Origin: Octopus sinensis
Taxonomy: Eukaryota
Assembly: GCF_006345805.1 (NCBI RefSeq)
Contig: NW_021836561.1
Span: 1 to 23,548 of the forward strand
Length of the DNA stretch: 23,548 nt
Reading direction: 5' to 3'
Shown: in pieces, positions 10,624 to 20,540 of the stretch
Layout: each line of letters starts with the position of its first letter
Numbering within the stretch: the first letter of the stretch is position 1
Made by a program: the position numbers and the translations under genes
The notes under the pieces: model-generated
What the model was told of the DNA's origin: nothing
Seen by the model: only the letters and a program-made list of their open reading frames with translations
Databases searched by the model: none

Positions 10624-13126
10624 ATGGATTTTACAGGTAAGATAGAACCGCTGTTTTGGGATTCATCTTTGAAAGATATTCCTATTCCTTCTAGAAAGGA
10701 ATTTATCTTGAAACTTGTTAATAATGTTAAAGATTTTATTTCTAGAATTAAATGGAAAGCTTTTTACTATAATTTTTATTTATTTAATGATATTGATAGT
10801 AGGAATGATAATTATACCTCTAAATTTAAATCTAGAAAGGAACCTCCATTTAATAAAGAATTACAATTACTTGAAGATAGTATATGGAAGGTGGTAAAAA
10901 ATATTGAATTCCATAAATACCCAAATAGAAATAATGAATATTTAAGGAATTTAGCAATTAAAATTAAAGATATGAGAAATATGGATAGTATTATAGTACA
11001 ATCTGATAAAACAAGGAACTTATATAAATTAGATGTTAAATTATATGATAAACTTTTAGGGAAAGAAATAATTAAAAAATATAAAATTGTTCCAGATGAT
11101 ATTCTTTATAATATTAATAAGGCCTCTAAAGTAGTAATGTTAAAATATGAGTTGGATAATAAAACTGAACCTTATGTACCTCTGCACCCCAGAATTACTC
11201 TTAAAGACCATAAAGATAATTTTTATTCAGACCCTAAAGTTAGATTAATTTGCCCATGTAAATCGGACCTAGGTAAATTAAGTAAATTTATTTTAGATAA
11301 ATATATTGATAAGTTAAATAAACTTAATTATTTAAAATTATGGTTTAGTAATAATAATACATTGAAATGGTTTAATAATATTAAAGATAAAAATCGTTAT
11401 AAATTATTCAAATAGATATAGATAATTATTATTCTTCTATTAATGAAATTGTGTTTAATAAAGCGCTTATTTTCGCAATGAATAAAGTGGGCATGTCACG
11501 GGAAGAAGTTAATGTAATTAAATTGGCTAGGAAATCGCTAATTAAATATAAAAATAAATTATGGGCTAGGAATGATACTAGAGATTGTTTTGATATACCT
11601 ATGGGAGCACCAGATTCTGCACAGGCTACTGATTTAGTAGGTATTTTTCTTTTATCTGAACTCCAATTAGAAAATCTTAAGATAGAGGGTGGTTTATATA
11701 GAGACGATCTTCTACTAGTTACAAAGAATTGTACTAATAGGAATCTAGAAGTATATAAGAAAAAACTATATAGTTTCTTTAAAAGATATGGTTTACGTAT
11801 TACTATATATAAGGAGAATTATAATGTTAATTATTTAGATGTTAATTTTAATCTTATTACAGGTAAAAACAACCATATCATAAACTTAATGAGAACCTTA
11901 GATATATAAATGTTAATAGTAATCACCCATTTTCTATTAAAAAATCGTTGATTAATAATATAAGTAAACGTATTTCATTACTCTCTTATGATATAGAGAT
12001 TTTAAATAAACATGCTAATTATTATAATGAGGCCCTTAGAGGGGCAGGTTATAATAAGAATATTAAATTTTATAATATTAGCGATAATGATTTAAATGAT
12101 AATTTTCGAGATACTTCTAATAATAATTATAATTTTGTTACGTTTAGTGGTAAAAATAATAGATATTATAAAAAAAATAATAAAAATGATAAAAATATAA
12201 ATAAGAATAATAATAATAATAATATAATAATAATAATATAAATAAGAATAATATAAATAAAAATAAATTAATAATTATTATAATAATTATATTGATAAAT
12301 TTAATAATATTAATAATTCCTTAAATGCTGTACATAGATATAATTCTGATAATAATTTTAATAAAATAAAGAATTATAAATATATTTATAATAATGATAA
12401 TAATAATAAGGTTAATAAGAATAAAATTGGTTAATAGTTCCTTATGGAGATCAAGTTAAAACGAATATTATTAAAGAGATTTTAGATGTTATAGAACTAT
12501 TTATTAGAGATAATCGTAAATATAGGAACATTTTCTCTTTTAATAATTTTGGAGTTGGTTACTCTACCACTAATAATGTTGGTAACATTATTTCTTCATT
12601 TAATAAATATAAACTGAATAATTTTTAAAAAGAAATTATTTGATAATAATATTAATAATGATAAGACTTATATTAATTGTACATGTAGAGATAAATCTAA
12701 TTGTATATTAAATAATAATTGTGATATTAACGATGTAGTGTATAAATGTATAGTTACATTACATGATAATAACTTTAAGAATAATTACAATAAAGCGGTT
12801 TATATAGGTTCTACTTCCTCAAAAATAAAACTAAGAATTGCACAACATATGAATTCTTTAAAAATAAAAACTTAATCAACTCAACCGGACTTAGTAAGTA
12901 TATTTGGAGTCTTAAATCACTAAATATTAATTATAGTTTAATATGGGAAATAATTTGTTAAAACTAAATCATATAATATAGGAGCTAATTGTTGTTATTT
13001 ATGCTCTAATGAGTTTAAAGAAATTTTATTTTATAAGTATGATAATTTACTTAATACTGGGAGGAGCGCAAAATAAAATGTAGACACAAGTTACTTTACT
13101 TATATAATAAGTTTCATGATAAATAG
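10624..13126 (+). CDS. Penelope-like reverse transcriptase with C-terminal GIY-YIG endonuclease (~830 aa, Naiad-like), broken by several 1-nt indels
   Basis: Motifs in order: SDKTRNLY, ITLKDHKDNF..PKVRLICPCKSDLGKLSK, QIDIDNYYSSI, FDIPMGAPDS, GGLYRDDLL, NYLDVNFNL, SNHP, ISKRISLLS..YNEALRGAGY, WLIVPYG, NCTCRDKSNCILNNNC, VVYKCIV..VYIGST, RIAQH, CCYLCSNE, KCRH; stop TAG 13124-13126. Clade assignment is from motif recall. Confidence 0.9.
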
Positions 13127-13540
13127 CAATAATAGTTCCCTTTTAGGTTATTTTAGTTTAAATTAGTTTAGATGATATATTTTGGTTATGTTGTCTAGGA
13201 TTTAATTATAGTTAGTCTTTATTGATATTTTTTGTTTTAATTAGTTCATTTTTAATGTATATTAATTTAGCAGTTTATGGTACGTTAAACTTTAATAATT
13301 ATATTAGTTTTTATTTTTATTTTTATTTTTTATTTATTTTATTTTATTATGTATTTTATTTTGCATTTGTTATATGTATTTTGAGGATATATTTATATGT
13401 TTTGGGTGTTATTTAGTGGTGTTTTTATTGAGTTTTGTATGTATGTGTGAATGTTTAAGATCCCTTTGTTTTTTGTTTTTTATTTGTAGGTTGAATTGAC
13501 AGATTTTATTTGGGTATTGTCTTTTATAATAAAGTACACA

Positions 13541-14230
13541 CCCATAACAATTATAAGTGCCCACTTCATTCGTTGTACATGGGTTTGCATGTGAGCCTCA
13601 GCATATGCACCTAACGGCCACTCCAGCCCCACATGGATAAATAAACACATACATCCCCAACCACCATCACAAATGAAACCCACACCCATACAATGACAAA
13701 ACTCCCCCATACCCTATTTACACCTACATAGTAATCCCAATATATTCTTCCATACATGGACGCAAGTGCGTGAAGCACATGAACATAATTAGTACGTACA
13801 ACCCTAATACACACTAATATATACGTATCAAGCTCGACCTCCACAGTGATAAGTTTACACACAATCACACCCAGATGGGTGAATTGCACAACCAGTGAAT
13901 GCACACATACGGGCGCGATTACATTGTTGCATATATCGAGCCAAAATTGTATGCATATGTACATGTGAGGGGTACACGTAAATGAAGTGAGCGTGTACCC
14001 CCTGTATTTATACCCGTGCGTGAATATACACATGGAGACTACCACACAGGTACAAATGTGTTTAGAAATGGGAGCCCCATCACTACACTTAATGTATACT
14101 CTCACCCATCCGCACGGATGTGTAAGTGTATCTCCGGTGTATATGTTGAGGCTTATATGTAGAGTTGTTGAAGGGAACGTCGTTGAAATATGAATGAATG
14201 GGTAGAGTGGGAATTGTAACCGTGTGGTGG
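13541..14230 (+). ncRNA. Long rod-like/branched RNA structure in the family B 3' region (mirror copy ~4945-5640 on the minus strand)
   Basis: 13584-13611 pairs with 14136-14163 (28 bp, 6 G-U, no mismatch). The apex hairpin CACCC-agat-GGGTG (13868-13881) lies at the same centre, with further nested helices. Confidence 0.7.
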
Positions 14231-14746
14231 ACTAGTGTTGTTTGGAATTGTGAATGGATTAGGGTGGTAATGAGGTAGGTATTGAGTATGGGTTACTGTA
14301 AGTTGTTTGTTAGAGTTGCTAGGGTGAGCTAAAGCTCATAAATGTATATAATTGATTTTTCATGATAGTTTTTAAAGAATCCATTCATAATAAATTTTTT
14401 TAAGTAGCGTGGTTTGCTACGTGGAAATAGTTTTAGTTCCATTTATTATATTTCTCCATTCATACTATGAATGACGTTTACTTCTATGGCGCGTATTCTT
14501 TTTTTACATTAGTTATTTCCATGGTAACGTAATTTTGTTTGGTTTTTAACGGCTAAAAATCTAATTTCACTTCATAATTTGTAACTGAATTGTAAGTATG
14601 TATTTGATTTATCCTTATGTCATAATGTTATTTTTGATATTCTGGTTAATTACGATGTATTTATTGTTGTTTTCATAAGAGTGTTTATGTATATGAGATT
14701 GGTTGTGAGTTTTTAATTGTATAATTAATTTATTTATCTGTATGAG

Positions 14747-15771
14747 TGTGGGTGTAAATATTGTTGTATATATCGAGTTTTAGTGAGTATGTATATGCGT
14801 ATATGTGAGGGAGCATATGTATCTGTTGTGTATGTGTGTTTTGTGTGTGTGTGTGTTTGTGTGTGAATGTGTATTTGGGTTTGTTATTTAGGATTTGGGA
14901 TGTGGTGTTAATTTGTCTGTGTGGGGAGGGAGTGGTTTTTGGTGTATATTGAGGTTTATAAGTTAGTATAGGTTTGTGTATAAGTCTTGGGTCTGTGGTT
15001 TCCGTGTGGGTTTTTTGTGTGTGAATGTTTAGGTTAGGGGGATTGCTATATAAGTTTGTTATAGGGTTTAGCAAAGGGAGTTTTTATCGTTATATGCTTT
15101 TATGAGTTTTGGTTTATCATGGTTTTTTTTAGGTAATTTGTGGTATTTTGTCTATTTTAGGTGTTGGTTATTTTTTTACATTGTTTCATTCATAATTTTT
15201 GAGTGGTGTTCGTTTTGCCACGTGAATAACCGGGTGGTGGACTAGCGTTGCTTGGAATGTGAATGGAATAGTGTAGTAGTGAGGTAGGCATAGAGAATGG
15301 GATTGGGTTACTGCAAGTTGTTTGTTAGAGATGCTAAGGTGAGTTAAAGCTCATAATGTATATAATGTTTTTTGTGGGTGTGTAAGTATTGTTGTATATG
15401 TCGAGTTTAGTGAGTATGTATAGGCGTATATGTGAGGGAGTATATGTATCTTTTGTGTGTGAGTGTTTTGCGTGTGAGTGTGTGTTTTGTGTGTGAATGT
15501 GTATATGGGTTGTTATTTAGGTTTTGGGATGTATGTGTTAATTTGTCTGTGTGGGGAGGGAGTGGGTTTGGTGTATATTGAGGTTTATAAGTTAGTATAG
15601 GTATGTGTATAAGTCGTGAGTCTGTGGTTTACGTGTGTGTATTTGTGTGTGAATGTTTAGGTTAGGGGGTTTACTTTATAGGTTTGTTATAGAGTTTAGC
15701 AAAGGGAGATTTTATCGTTATATGTTTAAGAGTTTTGTTTTATCATGGTTTTTTTTAGGGAATTCGTGGTA
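14747..15771 (+). repeat. Two diverged ~400-bp G/T-rich direct repeats (14747-15145 and 15373-15771) in the family B 3' region
   Basis: Shared strings include TCGAGTTT(T)AGTGAGTATGTATA, GGTGTATATTGAGGTTTATAAGTTAGTATAGG and GTGTGAATGTTTAGGTTAGGGGG; period ~626 bp. Confidence 0.9.
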
Positions 15772-15902
15772 ATTAGTCTATATTTTCGATATGGATTATA
15801 TATAGGTTATATATGGATTATATACTTATATTTTTTCATTTATACTTTAATTATTTAAAAGTAATTTTATATTTTAAAATTTTGATTTTTTAGATTGGAA
15901 GT

Positions 15903-15945
15903 CCACCTGAAGATTGTCGATCAAGACAAGAAACGATTGTAGTGG
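15903..15945 (+). ncRNA. Type I hammerhead ribozyme (family B, 3' pLTR), intact
   Basis: Stem I CCAC/GTGG; core CTGAAGA 15907-15913; stem II TTGTC/GACAA; GAAA 15930-15933; stem III ACGATTGT, self-complementary with G-U; triplet GTA 15939-15941. Confidence 0.9.
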
Positions 15946-16035
15946 CGGTTTTTTTGACTATTTATTAAATTTTATGTATTGATTAAGTCTTTCCTTGTTT
16001 GTTTTGCAAAATAGTGGTTTTGTCTCAAATAATAT

Positions 16036-16082
16036 TTTATATATATATATATATATATATGTATTATATATATTATATATAT
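16036..16082. repeat. (TA)n tract at the right end of the composite
   Basis: Directly visible. Confidence 0.92.
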
Positions 16083-16176
16083 GATGAAAATAGAGATAAA
16101 TGAATTAATAATTATATTATAATTACAAAAATAGACATAATTCCTGACAACTGTTTCGATTATAATAATTATAATC
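16083..16176 (-). mobile_element. Probable terminal fragment of a third PLE family with the 3' half of a hammerhead
   Basis: rc reads GATTATAA-tta-TTATAATC GAAAC AGTT GTC AGGAA and points into the (TA)n tract; the CUGANGA core is absent. Confidence 0.5.
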
Positions 16177-16271
16177 ATTATAAAGTTGAATCTTGTCGAA
16201 GGTAGAAAAGAGATATACCATTACATTTTTATATTTTTATGTGATAAGTGTATGGATCATTTTGGCTTATA

Positions 16272-16272
16272 A

Positions 16273-16335
<63 letters not shown>
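16272..16335. repeat. (TA)n(TG)n compound microsatellite
   Basis: Directly visible. Confidence 0.93.
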
Positions 16336-16338
<3 letters not shown>

Positions 16339-16618
16339 TCGGGTTTATGTTTTTTTCGGGATGGTCTTTTTTTTGCCAAATAAACACACGCACTATATAC
16401 TTTTTCTTCACTCGTTCATTACTTTTCTTATTCTAACTCATGTCCTTTGCTTGGAAATCTTTCGTCACACATCTGTGACCTCTTCATTGACACTTTTCGT
16501 TTTTGTGAGTGTTCTTGCTTCACTTCTCCATTCTGTTCTTCTAAGATGTGTATCCTCATGTGCGCATGCGTTTGTGTCCTTCTTTGCGCGTATGTATGTT
16601 TGTATGCTTGTGTAGAAG

Positions 16619-16695
16619 CACACACACACACACACACACACGCACAGACAAACACACACACACGCACAGACAAACACACACACACATACACACAT
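16619..16695. repeat. (CA)n microsatellite
   Basis: Directly visible. Confidence 0.93.
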
Positions 16696-16812
16696 CTTTT
16701 ACTTGTTTCAGCCCCTTGACTGCAGCCAAGCTGGGACACCGCCTTGTAGATTTTAGTTGAACAAATCAACCCCAGGTGTTTCTTTCAAAATCTGGTACTG
16801 ATTCTGTCGCCA
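16696..16812 (-). mobile_element. 3' fragment of the SINE family seen at 22567-23100
   Basis: TTTTACTTGTTTCAG..TTGA..GC(A)GCCA..CTGG resembles rc of 23060-23100 (CCATGGCCCCAATTCAATGACTAAAACAAGTGAAAA). Confidence 0.6.
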
Positions 16813-16936
16813 TTGAAGCAAACATCGCACACTCTTGTACGAATAGACTTTCCTGTCCCGTGTCCCGAGGCTCATGGGGCCACCAGTCATCATGGCCGAG
16901 ATCACAACGTCTCCCCTCTCACAAAATCCGGTTAAA

Positions 16937-16973
16937 TTTATATATATATGTATTATATATATATATATATAAT

Positions 16974-17009
<36 letters not shown>

Positions 17010-17012
17010 ATA
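16937..17012. repeat. (TA)n microsatellite
   Basis: Directly visible. Confidence 0.93.
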
Positions 17013-17099
17013 CAGAGGAATTTTGAATTTAGTTCACGGGCCCCCCTTTGCGGACCACAGCACAAGGTAACGAGTCTTCACAAATTACAAATATTGCTG

Positions 17100-17312
17100 A
17101 CACTATGCTTGGGCACAATGTCAGTAATTTCGGTGGGAGGGGGTAAGTCAATTGCATTGACCCCGGTACTCAACTGGTACTTATTTTATAGACTCCGAAA
17201 GAATGAAAGGTAAGGTACACTTTGGCGTAATTTGAACTTAAAAAGTAAAAACGGACGAAATGCCGCTAAGCATTCTGGCTACCGTGCTAACGATTCTGCC
17301 AGCTCGCCAGCT
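17100..17312 (-). mobile_element. tRNA-derived SINE, copy 1
   Basis: rc begins GGCGAGCTGGCAGAATCGTTAGCA and has a B-box-like AGTTCAAAT; homologous to the neighbouring copies. Confidence 0.75.
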
Positions 17313-17331
17313 TAGTAATAATAATAATAAT

Positions 17332-17368
<37 letters not shown>

Positions 17369-17387
17369 TAATAATAATAATGATAAT

Positions 17388-17556
17388 TTTTGCCACGAGG
17401 GCAGCTTGCAGGAGGGAATTAAGTCGATAACATCGACCCCGAAAGGATAAAAGGCAAAGTCGACCTCGGCAGAATTTGAACTCAGAACGTAGCGACGAGC
17501 GAAATACCGCTAAGCATTTCACCCGGCGTGCTAACGATTCTGCCAGCTCACCGCCC

Positions 17557-17557
<1 letters not shown>
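17388..17557 (-). mobile_element. tRNA-derived SINE, copy 2
   Basis: GAAAGGATAAAAGGCAAAGTCGACCTCGGCAGAATTTGAACTCAGAACG...GCTAACGATTCTGCCAGCTC, flanked by (AAT)n. Confidence 0.8.
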
Positions 17558-17622
<65 letters not shown>

Positions 17623-17632
17623 CAACAACAAT

Positions 17633-17848
17633 CATTTCTATTATAGGCACAAGGCCCGAAGATTTTTTGCGGGAGGGCAATAGTAGATTACATCGACCCC
17701 AGATTTCATTGGTACTTAATTTATCGACCCTGAAAGGATGAATGGCAAAGTCGACCGCGGCGTAATTTGAACTCAGAACGCAGCGACGGGCGAAATACCG
17801 CTAAGTATTTCGTCCAGTCTGCTAACGACTCTGCCAGATCGCCATCTT
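17633..17848 (-). mobile_element. tRNA-derived SINE, copy 3
   Basis: Same core as copy 2, with (AAT)n on both sides. Confidence 0.8.
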
Positions 17849-17856
17849 AATAATAA

Positions 17857-17931
<75 letters not shown>

Positions 17932-17933
<2 letters not shown>

Positions 17934-18442
17934 GCCCTGATGGAAATGTTATCATGTACATTGTTTTGTCTTGGTATAAAAGATGGGCTACAGCAAATAT
18001 TCTGCTCAATAACACAGATTTGCTTGTCAGTTGTAGGACCTTAACCAGTTGAGCATGTCCCTTAGTGACTGACGATATGTGTATCTCTGATGACAAGCAG
18101 AAGTAGTGGGGGAGCATCATAGCCATGTGCTGAGAGGGATTCTTTGGGGTTTGAATAATTCACCTTTGGAAACATGGGTGGTTCGTTCAACTTCCTTAAA
18201 CAACCCTTATTCAGAGACCTTTTGAGCGGGATGGGTTACTCGACCAGAAGAAAATTCTAATTGGGCCCCACCTGCAAGGTCGTGTGCTGTTTATCTTGAT
18301 ATGAGATCACTATGTCGCGCACATTTGGTTGTGATGCATGTGCCTGGTGTACCCTTATCAGATGGGTAGTCATGATGGGTATACTGAGCTTTGTATATTT
18401 TACCCCAATGTCACTTTGATGGCATGCACTGCTCTCTCACTC
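17932..18442 (+). mobile_element. ~510-bp non-coding interspersed element between (AAT)n tracts; possible 3' end or non-autonomous derivative of a microsatellite-targeting non-LTR element
   Basis: Complex sequence bounded sharply by (AAT)n at 17848-17931 and 18443-18571, with no convincing ORF. Family assignment and orientation are inference. Confidence 0.45.
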
Positions 18443-18571
<129 letters not shown>

Positions 18572-18787
18572 CCTTCCTACAATAGACATAAGGCCTGACA
18601 TTTAGGGGAGGGTACAGTCGATTACAACGACCTCAGTGTTTAACTGGTACTTAATTCATCGACCCCGAAAGGATGAAACGCAAAGTCGACCTCGGGGGAA
18701 TCTGAACTCAGAACATAGCGACAGACGAAATGTTTGTTGCTAAGCATTTTGCCCGACCTGCAAACGATTCTGCCAGCCTGCCGTCTT
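18572..18787 (-). mobile_element. tRNA-derived SINE, copy 4
   Basis: CTGGTACTTAATTCATCGACCCCGAAAGGATGAAACGCAAAGTCGACCTCGG...GAACTCAGAAC; its 3' end runs into (ATT)n. Confidence 0.8.
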
Positions 18788-18797
18788 ACAGCAAAGT

Positions 18798-18972
18798 ACA
18801 TATTGGCTTCAAATATGAGAGGGTAAGTCGAATACATCGACACCAGGGTACGCATTTTATCGATTCTGAAAGGTTAAAAAGCCAAGTCGACCTTGGCGGA
18901 ATTTGAACGTAAAGACGGACGAAATGTCCGTCTTTTGCGCAGCTTGCTCTAGATTCTGCCAGCTCGCCGCCT
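18798..18972 (-). mobile_element. tRNA-derived SINE, copy 5 (diverged)
   Basis: AAGTCGACCTTGGCGGAATTTGAACGT...GATTCTGCCAGCTCGCCGCC. Confidence 0.72.
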
Positions 18973-19034
18973 TGCAACAATACAAATATCGGTTTGACAT
19001 TTTTGAAGCAAACATTTACCAATATTTATATCTT

Positions 19035-19340
19035 TACGCTCAAATTCTACCTAAGTCGTCTTTGCCTTCCATCCTTTCAGAATCAATAAAATAAATACCA
19101 GAGAAATTCTGGGGTCGATTATAATTATTAAAGTGGTGAGCTGTCAGAATCGTTAGCACGCCGGGCAAATTGCTCTAGCGTAATTTCGTCTGTCTTAATG
19201 TTCTGAGTTCAAATTCTGCCGAAGTAGAATTTACTTTTGATCTTTTCAGGATCGATAAAATAAGTACCAGTAAAATTCTAGGGTCGATGTAATCTTTCTC
19301 AGAATTGCTGGCATTGTGCCAAAATTTGAAGCCAATATCA
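19035..19340 (+). mobile_element. Two plus-strand copies of the same SINE (partial 19035-19120; fuller 19132-19340)
   Basis: GGTGAGCTGTCAGAATCGTTAGCACGCCGGGCAAAT...TGAGTTCAAATTCTGCCGA..GATAAAATAAGTACCAGT. Confidence 0.75.
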
Positions 19341-19839
19341 CAGTACATTGAACCTTACTGCTCTACACCACTCCACAGTATAACTTCACATTGAGCACTC
19401 CGTAACGCTACATCACACACACATACACCACTCCGATGCACACACCTTTACTGTACTTCGTTCTACATCATTACTTCACGATACTACCACAACAACACCA
19501 TTACGTCACACCACTCTACTAAAGGATGTTACGTCACGTGGTACCACTCCACCCCTCCACGACAATACAGAAAAACCTCACCACAACATTGCGTCACTAC
19601 ACTACCGCAACTCTGTACTATACTACAACACTGACCAACACTAAATGCACCACGCTACTCCAATCTGCATCAGTACACACACACACACACACACCACTGA
19701 ACATTACATCTCCTACAACACTTCACCACTCTGCACTACAACCAAAACACACATTGTTACCCAACAACACTCTACACAAATATACAACACTAGACTGCAA
19801 TCACGACAACTAAAACACCTCTCCACACTAGAACCGCCA

Positions 19840-20540
19840 CACTACAACATTAGTCACTACACTATAGCATTATCCACTACATTACACTAATAACCACTAC
19901 ACTACAGCACTAGACACAACACGATAGAATTAACCACCCCACTACAACACTAGCCACTGCACTATAGCATTAGCCACTACACTACAGCACTAACCACTAC
20001 GCTACAACACTAGCCACTGCACTATAGAATTAACCACTGCACTACAACACTAGCCACTACACTGTAGCATTAACCACTACACTACAGCACTAACCACTAC
20101 ACTACAACACTAGCCACTACACTATAGAATTAACCACTCCACTACACTATAGCATTAACCACTACACTACAGCACAAACCACTACACTACAACACTAGCC
20201 ACTACACTATAGAATTAACCACTCCACTACACTATAGCATTAACCACTACACTACAGCACTAACCACTACACTCCAACACTAGCCACTACACTATAGAAT
20301 TAACCACTCCACTACACTATAGCATTAACCACTACACTACAGCACTAACCACTACACTACAACACTAGCCAATACACTATAGAATTAACCACTCCACTAC
20401 AGCACTAACCACTACACTACAACACTAGCCACTACACTATAGAATTAAACACTACACTATAGCATTAACCAGTACACTACAGCACTAATTACTATACTAC
20501 AGCACTAGCCACTACACTACAACACTAGCCACTGCACTAC
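19840..20540. repeat. Minisatellite of 20-bp units built on ACTAC, organised into an 85-bp higher-order repeat
   Basis: Units ACTATAGCATTAACCACTAC, ACTACAGCACTAACCACTAC, ACTACAACACTAGCCACTAC and ACTATAGAATTAACCACTCC+ACTAC recur from 20061, 20146, 20231 and 20316. Confidence 0.93.

Larger units (their letters stand above)
3036..16041. mobile_element. 13-kb composite Penelope-like insertion, family B (inverted copy, deleted tandem copy, full-length copy)
   Basis: 3036-8553 is the reverse complement of the plus-strand unit. 8557-10487 directly repeats 11426-11778 joined to 14451-16041. Both outer ends are element 3' ends in (TA)n. Confidence 0.9.

Noticed and set aside
10624-13126. Selenoprotein recoding, reported for some Naiad PLEs
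   Set aside because: The conserved Cys positions inspected are TGT/TGC, the stop is TAG, and the family A internal stop is TAA. No in-frame TGA at Cys sites or clear SECIS was seen.
13480-14193. Short ORFs in the family B 3' region and their mirrors at 4897-5787
   Set aside because: No recognisable domain, frames differ between copies, and the region is better explained by RNA structure. A small accessory ORF cannot be fully excluded.
11779-14455. Deleted segment as a spliced intron
   Set aside because: No GT-AG boundaries on either strand; the junction has 5-nt microhomology.
3036-16041. DNA transposon with giant terminal inverted repeats
   Set aside because: The arms encode RT/GIY-YIG and have unequal ends; there is no transposase.
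18066-18110. CTGACGA and CTGATGA as hammerhead cores
   Set aside because: No stem II followed by GAAA and a cleavage triplet.
19840-20540. CRISPR-like or telomeric array
   Set aside because: No unique spacers or cas genes, eukaryotic context, and the unit is not TTAGGG-like.
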